DNA of 64,000 bases, taken from the NCBI RefSeq assembly GCF_963921235.1, contig NC_086108.1, forward strand, positions 75,146,001-75,210,000, given 5' to 3'. This document shows, piece by piece, positions 62,738 to 64,000 of this stretch. Position 1 is the stretch's first letter; every line of letters starts with the position of its first letter. A program made the translations under genes and the position numbers. Source of the stretch: Mobula hypostoma. Its lineage: Eukaryota. Under the pieces are notes generated by a model that was not told the origin of the DNA, did not search any database, and was given only the letters and a program-made list of their open reading frames with translations.

Positions 62738-62939
62738 TATTCACAGGATCACTGGGTCACTATTCAGTGCAAGGAAATGTATTGTCAATACCTTCTCTCA
62801 GGCCAGAATCGTTAGCACTGAAGTCCTAGTCGCAGTCAGACAGGGTGCTATCATTTGCATTGCTAGGCATCCAGAGAAAATACTTCCTTGAAGTGCAACA
62901 TTTCCACTTACCGCTAGGAACATCTAACTACTGCAACAA

Positions 62940-63156
62940 TCTTTTGGATGAACTTAGATCAAGCAGCTTTTGGACGGGGAAAGGAATTGTCAATGACCCA
63001 TGTCAAAATCTTGCATCGGGGCCAAGAGTGGAGAGGGGAGATAGCTGATGCACCTTTCCATTCCTTTTTATCCCTCCTCTCCCACCACAGGTGCCAATCA
63101 ATCTGCTGAGTTCTTTGAGAAGATTGTTGCTTTGGATTCCAGCATCTGCTGTCTCC
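62940..63156. mobile_element. Two highly decayed Penelope pseudo-LTR ends, apparently in opposite orientation
   Basis: Plus-strand CTGCTGAGTTCTTTGAG..TTCCAGCATCTGC at 63103-63149; weak minus-strand match at 62940-63025. Confidence 0.45.
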
Positions 63157-64000
63157 TTCAGAATGGACAGGGATACTGAACTTTGTATTGATAATCTCAT
63201 GGCTATTCATTGGGAGCACACAACACTGCTTCACAAACAAAACACCTATTCACCTCATCATCTACCTCCTGTCCCATGAGTGCAAGAGCTAACAGTCCCT
63301 GCATTAGCCACCATGAACTCTCAAAACTGGTGTGAAAGCAAGTCATCCTCAGTCCTGAGGATTTCCCTCAGAAGGAAAAGTAAGGAGTTCGGCAGACGCA
63401 GACAATGACTTCGGCGAAGAATGTGCTTTCCAGCACAGTCAAGCTTTTAAAGGAACATTCAGCAAATTAAAAGTGCTTTATTACATCTTGGTTTGACTTT
63501 CACTTTGATAGAAAATTAAACTAATTCAGCATCTGAATCAGAGCCAGTTTTCTTACCCCAAAGTAAATATGGCTTCTTTGATTGTGAATTTCAAGTAAGT
63601 AAAACAAACAGAACAAAATTAATCACAAATATTTTTATTCAGAAAGTTACGATTGAAAAAACATATCTAATTACCGTTTAGCTCAATGATTTATTTTACA
63701 GAGACAAGAATAAACATGAAGCAACTATAAAATAAGTGTTTAACTACAAGCTGCTTGCAATCTTCTATATTATTTCATTCCATTATTTATGTGGAGAATA
63801 GAAGATAATTAGGTGCATATTATATGGGTTTGGTGATCAGATAAATCACCAGATTAATTTGGAATTATTGATTCTATGATCCAAATTTCTAAAAAGTGTG
63901 TTATAAACTTGACAGCATTCACAGTATTCCTTGCTTTTGTACTACATATCTACTTGCTGGCTCTTAATACATGCTGAAGTTTCCATGTTTAGCATCTGTA

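Overview
Repeat-rich vertebrate genomic DNA. The repeat mix (HE1/V-SINE-like and SacSINE1/DeuSINE-like SINEs, abundant CR1, Rex1/Babar-like LINEs and Penelope-like elements) suggests a cartilaginous fish, probably a ray; this is inference. I recognise no host protein-coding exon, rRNA, true tRNA gene or CRISPR array, so the window looks intronic or intergenic. Every long ORF I could assign is a broken transposable-element ORF or an antisense shadow of one. Best-supported structures: (1) an 8.1-kb three-layer nest at 31757-39831, where one Penelope insertion with an inverted, outward-facing terminal arm and a 14-bp TSD contains a CR1 that itself contains an antisense CR1; (2) minimal type I hammerhead ribozyme motifs in the Penelope pseudo-LTRs, with short solo copies that start at the ribozyme; (3) two TTAA-flanked piggyBac-type MITEs in inverted orientation bracketing about 1.5 kb; (4) a hAT inside a hAT, plus Tigger, Tc1 and solo-LTR relics; (5) a few candidate regulatory motifs in unique DNA. 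I found no convincing wholly new biological system; the hammerhead-bounded Penelope pieces and the MITE pair are the best leads. Family names come from recalled motifs, not database searches, and boundaries of old elements are approximate.
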